Source: the human T2T-CHM13v2.0 reference genome, Homo sapiens. Taken from it: a stretch of DNA of 64,000 nucleotides. Below the pieces are notes generated by a model. It was not told where the DNA came from. It made no database searches and was given only the letters and a program-made list of their open reading frames with translations. Each line of letters opens with the position of its first letter. Position 1 is the stretch's first letter. Shown here one piece after another: positions 36,935 through 53,592 of this stretch. The DNA is taken from assembly GCF_009914755.1 (NCBI RefSeq), contig NC_060947.1. The stretch is one strand, 5' to 3'. The position numbers and the translations under genes were made by a program.

Positions 36935-37200
36935 TAAGCCAGGTATAGAAAGACAAATACTGCATGTTCTCACTCATAAGTGGGAGCTAAACAAGTTGAT
37001 CATATGGAGGTAGAGAGTGGAATGATAGATACCACTATCATTGAGATAGTGGCTGGGAAGTGTGTGTGGGTGAGCGGGGCTAGGGATGAAGAGAGGTTGG
37101 TTACTGGGTACAAACATACAGTTAGATAGAAGGAATAAATTCTAATGTTTGATAGCAGAGTAGGATGATTATAGTTAACAACAATGTATTATATATTTCA

Positions 37201-37522
<322 letters not shown>

Positions 37523-37655
37523 GCTAGAAAACAAGATTTGAAATGTTCTCAATACATAGAAATGATAAATACTCAAGGTGATGGACACCCTAAATACCCT
37601 GGCTTGATCATTACACATTCTATGCATGTAACAAAATTTCACATGTACCCCATTA

Positions 37656-37985
<330 letters not shown>

Positions 37986-38212
37986 TTAAAAAGAAGTTTG
38001 GTGATGTTGTTGTGGCCAGAAATACGCCATACGAACTTAACTCTTGTTTACATAAATTAGCCTATGTTAAAACTGGTTTCATTCCACATCATTTTGCTTA
38101 AAGTTACAGTTCCCAAGAACCTCTTGATAATGTTATGTGAGGACTTACTGTATTTATTTTTCATGTCAAAAAATAAGAAAAAAAGCTTTACAAAAACCAA
38201 GAAAAATATCTA

Positions 38213-38507
38213 TTTTTGTTTGCTTGTTTTGAGACAGGATCTCACTCTGTCACCCAAGTTGAAGTGCGGTGGCACCATCACCACTCACTGCGCCCTCCAA
38301 CTCCTAAGTACAAGCGATCCTCTTGCGTCAGCCTCCTAGGACTACAGGCACATACCACCATGCTCATCTAATTAAAAAAAAAAATTTTGTAGAGATAGTG
38401 TCTTACTATGTTGCCCAGGATGGTCTGGAACTCCTAGGCTCAAGTGATCTTTCCACCTCAGTGTCCCGAAGTGTTGGAATTACAGGCATGAGCCATGACG
38501 CCTGGCC
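38213..38507 (-). mobile_element. Alu (J-type)
   Basis: Diverged dimer. Confidence 0.88.
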
Positions 38508-38754
38508 TTCTAATTCTGATATATGGGTTTACACTGGTGCCCCATTTCTGTCCACATCAAATACATGAGGTATCCTAAAGGGAATGTGAAAGTTGGGTGG
38601 CCTGCATCGCCTGACATTTTTTCATTTGCTTTCAGCTTATTGCAATATACTGCAGTTCACCTGAGCCTAGATAAAGGTATTTGTGGATTATATTATCTAG
38701 TTTTAACTAAACCAATGCACATAAATCAGCAGGTGGCTTAAAACATTTCCTGCA

Positions 38755-39177
<423 letters not shown>

Positions 39178-39179
39178 TT

Positions 39180-39905
39180 ATCAGGTACCAACCACGACAA
39201 CCCAATCTGATCTGACAAGAAGATAGCTGAATTGAAAATTATCTCACAGAAGACCATTAGAAATATCTGCTACCAATAACATTAAATATCACCTTGAGAT
39301 ATTAGCTAATGATGGTATGAAGTTATTGTAATTAACATATTTTAAAATGAAGCATCCAGAACATGAAGATAAACCTCTATGATTTTTCCATGTTTAATGT
39401 TTCAATGTTGTGAGTCATGTGATACTCAATCCAGCATGTCACAAAATACTGTTACATGTAACGATAAATGTTTAGAAGCCTTTTTGAGTTTCCATAACTC
39501 AATAGAGAAAAAACAAAAGTCTCATACCATTGCAAAATCATCTATTCTTCATGCTACAGTAAAACTAGCTGCTCTAATGTGTAGAAAAAAAAACTGATGT
39601 CAAACTAAAATGCATTCCTTTGTCAGCAAATATATTTAGAAGACATATAGAAAACATTGTTGAAGATTGAAAGAAACAAGCATTAGAACAAATTATGCAG
39701 TGTGGGAGGTTTGCAATATACTTGGATAGAAGTACAGATATTTCTAACATGTCTCAGCTTGAGGTATTTGCTAGATTCTATTTCAATAATAAAACCTCTT
39801 TTTTTCTGAGTCACTAAAGGAAAGATGTTCCAAAGATGATATTTTCTGCAAAGTGGATGATTTCTTTAACAGAAACCATATTTTACAAGAAAACTGTAAC
39901 TACCA
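39180..39905 (+). mobile_element. hAT-Charlie transposase N-terminal/core remnant
   Basis: Degenerate FAI.LD.STDISNMSQL.VFARF and DIF.KVDDFF motifs typical of Charlie/Buster transposases; many stops and indels. Confidence 0.7.
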
Positions 39906-39922
39906 GTAAGGTGATTGCTTTA

Positions 39923-40251
39923 CCCTTGGACCTCTGATCTCCCACCTATTTGAGAAGTACTCTCTGTCTTCTTTTCCTGACTCTTTGTCTATTGGATCTC
40001 TAAATGTTGTCACTCAGGGTTCCATCCTGGAAGACTGTGGGGTAAAGTAGATTAATTTAACCAGATTTCCTGTAGCAATAGGCAGATAAAAGGAGGATTC
40101 TAAAAGCTTTAATTACAGCTCTTCTATTTTTCCCCTTCCCAAACCCTGATGCAAAGGCTCTGGGTCAGCTATTTTCTAGAATTCACCCTGTAGCAGGGTT
40201 ATTCTGAGGTACTCTTGCTACCTAACCAATGCCATCCATTTCCTCAGCCCA
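39923..40251 (+). repeat. Copy 1 of an ancient ~330-bp dispersed direct duplication (copy 2 at 44635-44967)
   Basis: Colinear shared blocks TGATCTCCCA, TATTTGAGAA, TCTCTGTCTTCTTTTC, TAAAGTAGATTA, TTAACCAGATTTC, AGCTTTAATTACAGCTC, TTTCTAGAATT. Confidence 0.88.
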
Positions 40252-40559
40252 CAACCTGTCTGACTGTGAGGCCAGGCATAGTACACAATTGGGGGCCACG
40301 GATTTTAATTCACAGATTACCTGACTAGGGCTGGACTGGTCCTAGACATAAGGTGTTTCGTTCAAGTGCTCACTAGACTCTCTTTGGGGCTGGATATACT
40401 GGCCCCTGGAAGGGCTGAGCACTTTGAAGCTCTGTTAGCAGCCAAGAGCTATAATTGTAAGTAGGATGTGATGCCTTTCCTTAGAGTTTATTAGATCACC
40501 AGAATTATTTGGAAATGGGAAATACAATGTAGAGTGTTCCCTTTCTTCATTATTGTGAA

Positions 40560-41370
<811 letters not shown>

Positions 41371-41648
41371 TATTTACATTGAATTTCTAGTTTTACTACA
41401 AAGAACACAGATATCTGATTTATTTCTACTCCTGTTCCCAAACACAGCAGATATGACTGGGAGGGCTAAATAAAGCATCTCTAAAAGTGCATCTAGGCAC
41501 ATCTTGCTTCCGAATCACCTGGGAGCTTGAGCAGGCAATTCTCTGCTCACTGAAGTTTGTGAACTATGTGTCATGGAAATAGGGGCTTTAGAAGTCAGAC
41601 AAACCTAATTTCAACTCCCAGCTTAATCAGTTAATATTTGATCTTTGG

Positions 41649-42197
<549 letters not shown>

Positions 42198-44634
42198 TTA
42201 CCTTATAACTAAACAATTTGGAGGTACAATAGAATTTATTATTATGTGACTGTGCCTACAGTCAATATTAGGCACACCAGAGATGAAACACAGAAGCCTG
42301 CATGTACCAGGAATGGGCTTTCAACATCATTTGGTTGGCAATAGGCTGTACACATCATTCATGATGTTTCTATTAACCTATTACCGTTGTTATTTTTCTT
42401 AAATGACAGTTTAAATAACCCTCAGCATCCTGATGTCAGGTTCAGCATGCATGAATTACCGAGTAGAAAACAAAAACACCAAGTCAAAGATTTTGGCGGG
42501 AGGGAGGAGATTATATGAAAATGAATTCTGCTCAATAGGCTAGCCCCGTGTGGCCCTGCACACTATTACACAGGCGCACACTACCAGGGCTCACTGCTTT
42601 ATTTTCTAATCACTGTGTTTTCAAGTCTGCCTTCAAGATTGTTGAGTGCTAAACTGTCTCTTTATCCCCAAGCAAGGTCAGCTTCCCAGCCTCCCATACA
42701 ACCCAGTTCATGCTGGGATAAAGAGGAAGGTAGGAATGTTAAAACAATAATGCTATGGTCTGAGGCCAGCAACGGGTAATCAGATCCTAGCAAGGTAGAG
42801 GCTGTTACCTGGGAGATTATTGGAAGAAAATAGGCCTAGCTTGCAATGACTTAGTTTGTTTCTACCTTCCTTGCTTTTTTTTCCTTTTCATTCTTCCCCC
42901 CAGTGATCTGATGGGATAATTATTTTCCTGCATTTATTTCCCTAACAGTCACTGAGAAGCTTTGTGTGGGGCACCAGCTAAAGATGTAAGAGTTTTGGGA
43001 CTACAGCCTGACCCATTGCTGGACTTTAACCCCAAGTAGCAAGCTTAGATGGACAACATTGATTAAGAAAGGCCTCTATAGTTCAAGCCCATACTGCCAT
43101 GCCTCAAAGAAGGCCCAATGTTTCAAACTTCTGTAGTATGAAATAGATAAATTAGGAGGCTACTGTTCACATTAAGAAGAGATTCAACACAGGTTTCCCG
43201 AAACAATGAATAGAACATTCCATATATGATTTGGAATACATTCAACCTGTCTGAGAAAGCATCTGAAGAATAAAACAGAAGACAGCAGAAGTGGTTTGTA
43301 CAACATCAATGTAAAACTTCAAAGTGCTTGTGAACATTTGTTATTCATATTTAGCCAGTGTGTCTTACCATAAGATCATGCAACCTGTTTTTACCCCAAA
43401 TGGATAAAACCAACAGGGGGTGAGGAATGGGGTAGCCCAGACTTTTGATAGGAGCATGAGCTCAAACAGAACATACTGCAGTAGACCAAGTTCCAAGGCA
43501 ATGAAAGCTAGAATCACACTCTAAGGATCTATCCAATCCATTGTCGGGGACAGAATGGAATCCAGAGAGGAAAGTGATTTGCTTAAGTGCACACAATAAT
43601 TCAATGGCAAAACTGACACTGGAACAAGACTATGGGCTCCAGCAAGTCCAGACCAAGCTTTAGCACATTTGTCTTGACAGCCCCCTGTCCTTTCACCGTG
43701 GGCTAGTTCAGCTCTCCCTGGCCAGATCTAGACTTGGCTTGATGGGCATTGGTGTGGAGTCCCAGAGGCCACAACGAAGCAGATCCATTTGCTCTCATCA
43801 CTGCATCTCATCAGGAACCATCTCAGCCTTTCCACTTCTCCCTACCCACAGCCTGGAGGCCTCAGGAGAGGACATATCCTGGGGCTGGACTCAACTACCC
43901 AGGATATACCAGAATTATAGTTCCGTACTAGCCAGAAATAAGCCACCATGATTTTGCTTCCACCTTCACAGATGAAAAACAGGCTATCAGATAGAGAGGC
44001 CTTCAACTTTCAGTACCCTTCCTCTTATAACTTGTTCTTGCCCAAACCATCCTTGCCAGCTTCCTTGCCACTACAGTGGGAGAGGTGTCTTTTTTTCTCC
44101 CTGAAGCCAATCCTTCCACTTGTGCACTGGAGCCCAACCTGTCCAGCCTAAGAGACATTCCCTTCATCAGTTGTCCCCATCACCATCGCCCCTTCCCTCT
44201 CCCACTGGCTCTTTCCCATTTATATTTAGGCACAAGTTGCTATCATCTTAAAAGAATGAGCCAACCAAAAGATCTGACATCTTGGATGGATGAAAGGAAT
44301 GAGAAATAAAAGGAAAAAAAGATGAAGGGAGGGAAGATGAAAGGAACGAAAGAAGGAAGGGGAAAAGCTAGTCTCTAGTAACCCTAAGCCCTGATTTGTC
44401 CACCTCTGGGTACTGTACATTCTATCTGCTTCCTCTCTCAGTCAAGCTTCCACTTCCCTACCACCTATAGGCTCCTCAATCTACTGCCATCCAGCCTCCG
44501 CTCCCACCACTTCACTGAAACATCACCACTGACCTCTTCTTTCTAAATCCAAAGGAAACTTTTCCTCCTTAACTCATTTGATCTCTCTACTGCATTTGAT
44601 TCTATTGGACATTCCCTCCATGAAACTTACCCTG

Positions 44635-45521
<887 letters not shown>

Positions 45522-45849
45522 CCTTGATCTTTCACTGAACCTGCCCCATGCTCAGACTTAGTTATCAAATCTTGGGGCATTTATCTCTTTAGTGTTTCCC
45601 ATATCCATCTAGTTCTCTCCTTTCCCACTGTCCTTCTATAATTTCAAACTTATTAACTCTCATCTAGATTACTGCAACAGTCTCTTAACTGAAATAGAAT
45701 AAGATAGGATAGCATAGAAAGTATAAGAGTGCAAAACATGAAGTAAGGAAAAGTGATGTTTGGTTTTAGTTATGACTACATATATGTATACGTGAACTGT
45801 GCAACATGAAAAGTATTTATCATTGTAGGTCCTCAGAACTGATCCTAAC

Positions 45850-46137
45850 AGGGCTGGACAAGTGTCTAAGCTCCCTGTAAAGCCACATGTAGTCACTGAG
45901 CACTTGAAATTAGCTAGTCCGAATTGAGATGTATTGCAAGCACAATATACACATTGGATTTCAGACTTAGTATGAAGAAAATAATATAAGATCTCATTAA
46001 TAATTTTTATATTGCATGCTGACATAATATTTTGGATACAAAATTAATTTCACCTTTTTTAACCTTTAAAACTGTGGCCACTTGAAAATTTTCAATTACA
46101 CATGTGGCTCATGCTGTATTTCTACTGGGCAGAGCTG
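45850..46137. mobile_element. MER33 (hAT-Charlie)
   Basis: AGCCACATGTAG..ACTGAGCACTTGAAAT..GCTAGTCCGAATTGAGATGT...TTTCTACTGGGCAGAGCTG. Confidence 0.75.
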
Positions 46138-48736
46138 TTCTAGAGTTCTAGGCCAGTATGTGACCCACAATGGGGGCTTAAGATCCACTCAAAAATGGAT
46201 TGATCCTTTCCATGTCCCAAAATATGTATTGGGGTGAGCAAGTAAAACCTTTTCTTCAAATGCAGGGACTTTTCTTAACTTGGGGATTGGGTTAACAGAG
46301 TCCTCCCTGCTGGGAAGTACTTCCCCTCAATGGATAAAAAATAGCTTTTAAGAAAGTCTAATATGTTAAAGTCAAACTTACAAAAAAGCTCTCTTAAGGG
46401 ATTTCAGCATCCTGGCATGCTTCCACAAACCAAACTACTACCTTCTATTAAACGGAAATGCCCCTTTAGGGGCAAGGGGTTTGGATTCACTTCTTTTATT
46501 TCTCTCCACAGCACCTGGTGCATTGCTGTGTCTGGAAGTTGTTAACCACCTGGCTGACTGTGGATCCCATGGGTAAGGGGATGGTAGGGGTTGGTAAGGA
46601 TTGGTAAGAGACTCAGTTTTCTCTCAGTTATCTTCCAAAACTCTGCATTGCTAAATACTTTAAATCTTCCTCACTGCCTGATTGAGGACATATACATGCA
46701 CTCTTTTGATTTCTATATGCTAAATCATCAAAATAAAACACAGAAGCTACCTATTATATTTGATTTAGGTTTATTTCTTCCATAAGGGTTTAGCATTAGG
46801 CAAATTGGGTTGGAGGGGTAGTGAGAGAACAAACCTAAAAGAATGGAAGAAACTAATTGATTGATTCCATGCTAAATACACCTGACTAGTATCAATTTGC
46901 AAGACATGGATGTTGCATTTGGATAGAGACCAGCAGGAAGATACCTAATAATAACCTTAGGCAGAATTCCAGTTGACCACAGTAAATACCCAAGGAAGCT
47001 CACGTTTGTTTATTTTCGCCAATATTGCGCATTAAGAGTGTTTCACTTTTAAAATGTATGCTGTTCTGGGTGGCTAAGTAGATGGCAATATTAGCAAAGG
47101 AAGCCATTGATGTCTCTGGAAATCTGGTCATCTTTTTGAATACTAGCAGATGAGCATGCTACCTCCAAACTGACATAATGCACCTTCTGCAAGACAGCAG
47201 TCTCTTGGCACTGCTCCACTTTGAAGTAAAACCCGAAATGAACTCCTCCTGCTAATGTGGCATGTTGAACCAACCCTTTTTTATTTCCAAGGCCTTCTCA
47301 GTTGATCCATAGTATATCCATCTTCATGGAAGTGACTATTGCAGTCTAGAATTACAATTCCTTCTGACAACAGAATGCACCCCTAGAAGAACTTGTCCAA
47401 GGTCATTAACCAAATTCTCAAGCAGACAACTTTCAGGGTGGCTGGGCCTTGTTAGAAAGGGCTTCTGGGACACCTGCTGAGCCCAGAGGATCTTTCTAGG
47501 CATAATCTGAGGGCTGGGAAGATATGAGGACACAGTCCTTGCTCAGAGGAGTCCTTGTATCTCAGGAGTTAGATTTCCAAGAAGGGCTATTACATCATAT
47601 CACCCAAGGCCACTCAGTTTCTCATCTTGACAGTCAAGCTGATGAGTCACCTTGCATCATGTTTAATCAGGAAAATAGTAAAGAACTGAAAACAAGTCAA
47701 GAATCAAGAGTAAACATTGTAACAATGTAAAGAGTTCTCAGAAGCATCTCAAATCAGAGCACCATGGTAAAATGGTAAGAGTAGTAAGATTATATTCCTA
47801 AAATATAGGCTCTATCATAAAACCTAGGTAATGCTTTTGTTATTTCTTTTCTAATTTCTTTATCAGAGTTACTGCATTCTATTTAATCGTCTCCTTTCTT
47901 ATATTTTCCTCTAATGAAGAATAAGGCAGGTAGAGAAACTACAAGTTTTCCTGGCAGAAGAACTTCCCCTTGAAATATAATTCAATCATATCTGCAATAT
48001 TATTATCAATTTGTTACTTACAGGGATCTAAAATATAGACTGCTTTAAAGTCTATTTATTCACTCACGTATGCCAGCTCCCCACTTCATTTCAGCAACTA
48101 GGAGAAGGAGCCTGCCCTCTGAAGGAGAATCCAAGTGTGGAGCTTCAATCCTAAACAGGCCCCCTGCAAATATTTCATACACTTTCCATAGTTAGTTAAG
48201 CAACTCAGTAGCCACACTCTGTTGATGGCTGTGGTGTCAGTGACCCACATACAATTTGGAGCTATATGCCTGGGTGCTGGGAGAAATGCAGAATTTATAC
48301 AATTTGAAATATGAAGACACTAGCAAAGCTACAAGATCAACAGAAACTACTAAAAACCAGAGAAAGAAATGCTAATTTCATGTTTTCACTTGCTGCTCAC
48401 TCTCTTCATCAACAAACTTTTTTATTAAGTAGTTAGCATGTGCCTTAGTTATTAAAGTAAGATCATTAGCAAAGGAAAGTTAGGCTATAAAGTATAAATC
48501 TAAATTTAGAATATAACCCTACAGTGATCAAAGTTAGCTAATAAGAGAGAAGGCAATTTGAAAATTTTAGTAGTGTTTTATAAATTGGTTGCAAGCCCCT
48601 GTTTAAACAGAGTCAAATTTCAGTAGCCCATGACAATGATGAACAACGTGGAAAATTTTGTATCATAAGTAAATCAAAGCAGGTGCTTCAACAGTTCAAC
48701 TTATGTACATCTGTATCATACCTATGCATGTGCATG

Positions 48737-48738
<2 letters not shown>

Positions 48739-48780
<42 letters not shown>
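48739..48780. repeat. (AC)n microsatellite
   Basis: About 21 perfect units. Confidence 0.95.
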
Positions 48781-48782
<2 letters not shown>

Positions 48783-49069
48783 AACCAGAACTGCCAAAAA
48801 GATGGGAAGGGAATGTATCTCACTTATGAGTATGTTATAGAAGAAAGATCTTCCACTTTTCCGGTGTAGAGCTCTGGGTTCAAATCCCAGCTCTGCCCCC
48901 TTCAAAGCAGTGTGACCCTTGGGCAAGTCACTTACCCTCTCTGAACCTCAGTTTCCTTATTTCTACAATGGGTGGGAGGTGAGGGTGTAGAGCACATTGC
49001 CAGCTTTGCGTGGTTCTTGTGAGTTACCACCTGGAATAAGCTGTCACGAGTGAAAGTGGAAAGTAACTT

Positions 49070-49392
<323 letters not shown>

Positions 49393-49624
49393 TTAATTTT
49401 CTCTGCCCATCTCCCTCAGGCAGAAGCAATCAAGAAGCAGAATAGCTAAGAGGTAAAAATGGAAGGAAAAATAGTAGGCAAAAGAGACTGAAATGATGCA
49501 CAAACTGGAGCTGGATGCCGCCTTTCTCTCCTCTGCCCTTTACCTCTGTCAGGAAGGTATGTGATGCAAATTTGAAGATTGTGGTTACTTTAAAAAATAT
49601 ATTTTTGGGTAAGCATGGGCACAA

Positions 49625-49698
49625 ATATATATACATATGTGTGTATATATGTATATATGTGTGTATATACATATATATATATACACACATATATATAT
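49625..49698. repeat. TA/TG mixed purine-pyrimidine repeat
   Basis: Seen directly. Confidence 0.85.
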
Positions 49699-49699
49699 T

Positions 49700-49815
49700 G
49701 GTCCAGTGCTGTGGCACAAGCCTGTAATCCCAGCTACTTGGGAGGCTGAGGCAGGAGGATCACTTGAGTCCAGGAGTTCAAGTTTGAGGCCAGCCTGGAA
49801 AACAGAGTGAGTCTC
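49700..49815 (+). mobile_element. Alu monomer (FLAM-like)
   Basis: Single arm between TA/TG-rich repeats. Confidence 0.75.
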
Positions 49816-51279
49816 TCTCTCTATTTATGTGTATATATGTATATGTGCATATGATAATCTTGTAATATGCTTTTAGTGGTCATTTTCCTTTATGCTAAAC
49901 CATAAGTTGTTTAGTGACTCAAAGGAATCCCTTAGTAACAAACTTATTGGGATGGTTTGTATCTCATGAGAACATAGACACTGCACTGTGTATGTCATTC
50001 AGTAAGTGGCTAAAGTGCTAGGGCACAGTTACTATTAAACTGCCCTAAGAGAAAACATTTTTAAAAATAGAAGCATAGGGAAAAAAAGCCCACAGGGCTC
50101 TAATATAACTTCCTCTGTATTTGTGCTTTTTAGGAAGTTGTTCTAAGCCTCCTTTGAACCCTTATTAACTCTTATTAAGAAATAACAGTTTTATGATGGG
50201 TTGGCCTTCTCATCTGCGAGCCCTAATTTTGCAGGTTCACAGAAAATGCTACATCACAAAATCCTTTTTTAAAAAACTCTTCCCAGGGTCAAACTCCACA
50301 GCCAATCAAAATATTCCACCTTTTAACTTGAGGGAAATCGCTAAAGGAAAGGATAGCTTTAACTAGTGTGTCTTTTGGATTGGGGGACTCAAAGAGAGGT
50401 CTCCCCAAGTTCCACAAGACTTCGGACCACAGAAAACCCACCACCCATGCGTGTTTTTGATTCCTTGAGGACACATGCTGAGGTGGTTGGGAACGAAGTT
50501 TCACATCTACCTAAAAGATCATGACCAGGGATAGAGAGACGACCAAATTTGGGAGAGCAGTTACGGTGCAGTTACGGAGGCGGAAGGACGCTCTCAGTAC
50601 CCCGTTTCCACACTTTCATTCTTAAAGGCATGCAACCCCTTTCTAAATAAATGTAGCTCCCCAGGTTTCCACTACCTGAAGAGAAACCCTCACAGCACAC
50701 TCTGGAAATGTTTTACAATTCGTTTTAAATGCGTATTATTTCTAACTAAATCATTGAGGGACTCCTATGTATTTATTTATTTATTTATTTTGAACATTTT
50801 CAAACGGATGGGGAAGTTTTGCTTCCATGTTTCCATTTTTTTCCCCCCAAATTGGCATTAGGCACCAAAATCAGTTGAGGAACGAAGCATTCCTTAGCTA
50901 GAATTTAAAACTTAACAAGGGACTCTTCCCGAGCTTGGTAAAGAGAATACCATTTTAAAATTGCACTGTAGGATTTTTTTACCTTCAGACAAGAACACAC
51001 CTAAAAGGAAAAAGGCCCTCCCCTCCTCCCGAAGCACAAAAACACAGCATATCCCAAGCAGCCCGTTTCCTACCCAGCCAATACAATAACGCTTTGTAAA
51101 CTGAGAGCAGCGCCCGGTATAGAAGCTAAGTATAAACAGCTGAGAAGGATTAGGCGGTAGCGCTCTTCTCATTTACATGAAAATCCTCTAAGCATCGTTT
51201 TCCTCGCTGGCTGCGGGCGCATAAGGAACTCTTTTATGCCATAGCCACGCATACATTTCCATCCTTTGTCTTTACTTAC

Positions 51280-51396
51280 CAGTCGAGGCTGTGGGCATGT
51301 GTGCTCTATTTCCTCCATGGTTTCTGAGGGAGGCTCATTGGAAAGGGATTTTGGGATACCTGTTTCTGACTCAGCATCAGTGGTAACTACTGGCAT
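51280..51396 (-). CDS. PCYT1B: PCYT1B first coding exon (CCTbeta1/beta2-type N-terminus, 39 codons, [10 protein letters not shown]...CPQPRL)
   Basis: ATG in GGCCATGC context; translation matches the recalled N-terminus of human choline-phosphate cytidylyltransferase B; ends CTG|GTAAGT donor, phase 0. Confidence 0.97.
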
Positions 51397-51399
51397 GGC

Positions 51400-51900
51400 C
51401 AGTGAATGCTCCCTCTAGCTCTACACCCTCAGAGAGTCTCCTCCCAAGCAGAGAATGTTTTCTTTGTCACGTATTTTTCTCCCCTCTACCCTCCACCCAT
51501 CCCCCCGCTTCTTCTCCCCTTCTTTCTGTCTTCCCTAGGGGAAGTAAAGAGGTTACCCCCCGCCCCTCTCTCTCTCTCTCTCTCCCAGAAGCCAAGAGGC
51601 AAGGCCTCAGTTTATCACTATAACAACCAGACGACACTGAAGCGGCTGGTGCGGGATACAGTATCTCATTTGCATAGAGCGCGCTGGTTGGCTACTGTCA
51701 TCATAGTACCACTCCGCCGGGAAGCGGCCGGGCCCCATTGGCTAGCCCTCCGTACCCACGGGCCCGAACTTGCTGCTTTTGTTTCTTCTGTTTAATTCAG
51801 TTGCAAAGGTCTCCGTCCTCTCTGGGCACGGGACCCGGGCTGCGCCACCCAGATAACATAAAACCGCTTCCTGAGGGGCCTAGGACGCCTTGAGAAACAA
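51400..51900 (-). promoter_or_regulatory. PCYT1B proximal promoter / 5' UTR, CpG-enriched
   Basis: Raised CpG density; GC box CCCCCGCCCC ~51556-51565; (CT)n 51566-51584; octamer ATTTGCAT 51668-51675; ATTGG (CCAAT on the gene strand) ~51736-51741. Confidence 0.75.
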
Positions 51901-51960
51901 CATAGCAGACCTCCACTAATAAAGGACCATGTCCCTGGGATGAGCTAGTGCATGATGTGC

Positions 51961-52464
51961 TGTAGTCAGGATATTTGCCAAATAGGAGTCACCCTGAAGA
52001 CAAAGCCACTTTTGAGCCCAAATTCATTGTGCTAATTGCCAGTGGAGGGCCCCTCCGGGCATTCACTATGGGCACCTGAGTGTTCGACCCCTGGACTTCA
52101 TGCAACGTGAACCCTGGCAGATCCCCTCGTGGCCTGGTGTAGCCCTGGAGCCCTCCCCTGGGGCTGCCCTAGGGGGAACTTTGAAGGAGGTAGATTGTCT
52201 TTAACAGCCTGCCTCCTACTCCTGGCTGCCCTTTCGCAGTTGCTTCCTCTGTCAGCCACTCTTCCCCTTCCCCAGCTATTCAAAGTTTCCTCAAGAAGTC
52301 TTGCTGTTGTGTGCCTTTCAATACACTGTTCCATGCACTGCTCTATTTTCTCTTGGTTCCTACTTTACCAGTCGTGGGTCCCATTTCCGAAGTACCCTGC
52401 TCTCAGCCAAATGCTCATGGCAATCAGAGATGGAATGTTAACGATCAGGTGCTTTAATGTCTAC
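51961..52464 (+). mobile_element. Solo LTR-like element (ERVL class, possibly MER76-like) just upstream of the PCYT1B promoter
   Basis: ~500 bp bounded by TGTAG...CTACA inverted termini; AATACA polyA-like signal ~52321; family assignment from memory only. Confidence 0.5.
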
Positions 52465-52895
52465 ATTATCTAGGGACATTCACATTTTAAGAGGAGCATT
52501 CTGAAGACACACATCCAAAGAACTTACCAAGGTATTCATTGTGAATTGTCACTTTTAATATTAATAAAAAATCATGATGATCCCTGGCATTTATTAAGCA
52601 CAAGCACGGTGCTAAGTACTTTACCTAGTTCTTGTTTAATCTTTGTGAGAACCCAAAGAGGTAGATCCTATTGTTATCCTCATTTTACAGGTATTCACAT
52701 TCACAAAATTCTAAAATAATGCAGCTGGGATTTGAAGGAATTTTTTTTTTTTTTTTTTTTTTTTTTTGCGAAGGGCGAGGTGGTGGGGGCGGGCGCGTAG
52801 GGACCAGGGATGCAGCAGGTGTAGTAAGAAAAGGATCTAGGCAGGAGTCCTCTTAGGACAAGTCCCTGGGCTTCTACATCTTTCATTTTTATCTA

Positions 52896-53106
52896 CAGTA
52901 GTGGTTTTCATTCAAGTGTGGTCTGGGACCAGCAGCACCAACATCAGCATCACCAGGGAACTTGTTAGAAATGCGAATTATTGGCCCCCTGCCAGACCCC
53001 GGACCTGATTCAGTAAGTCTGGGGTGGGGTCAGAATTTGCTTTTCTAGAGAGTTTCTGGGTGTTGTTAATGCTGCAGGTCTGGGAACTATACTTTGAGAA
53101 TCAGTA
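52896..53106. mobile_element. MER5A
   Basis: CAGTAGTGGTTTTCA..AAGTGTGGTC..GAACTTGTTAGAAATGC..ACTTTGAGAA. Confidence 0.75.
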
Positions 53107-53592
53107 GCCCAAAGGATGGGATAAAAATACCGGGCTTGCCTCCATCACAGAAAGGAGATCAAATGAGATATCATGTCATTGCACTTTTTGAATTAGAACG
53201 TGCTATGCTAATATAAGGGGACATTATTTTTATTACTCCTCAATAAGCAAAGAGGGCTAGTCCTAAAAGAAGAAGAAAATGGATTCTGTAGCAGAGAATT
53301 ACAGTTTGACAGTTTTAGATGCTGGCCCTTTAAGTCAGAATAACATCACTTAAGAGTATTATGACCTATACAGGACAGAACTCCAGTGTTGTGAGAATTC
53401 CAGTGATGCTTCCTACCCTATTTGCCCTCCTGGAAGCACAAAACACTTCCAGCAGCAGGTTTAACTCTACCAGCTCATCACCTGGAAGAGCCAAGCCCTG
53501 TGTTACATTTAGGAGCCCTTTTCCTACGTGTACCGGGTGACGTGCAAATGACATGGTTATTCTAATCTCAATATATGTATTTTTGCCTTAGA

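Noticed and set aside
39180-39905. Possible domesticated ZBED/Buster-like transposase, or the same element as the Charlie piece at 3090-3790
   Set aside because: Heavily disrupted reading frame; the two pieces are 36 kb apart in reversed order with PCYT1B exons between them, so independent insertions are simpler
51169-51279. ORF track extends PCYT1B exon 1 to 75 aa (…[12 protein letters not shown]…)
   Set aside because: Read-through past a consensus GTAAGT donor; the known protein continues in exon 2
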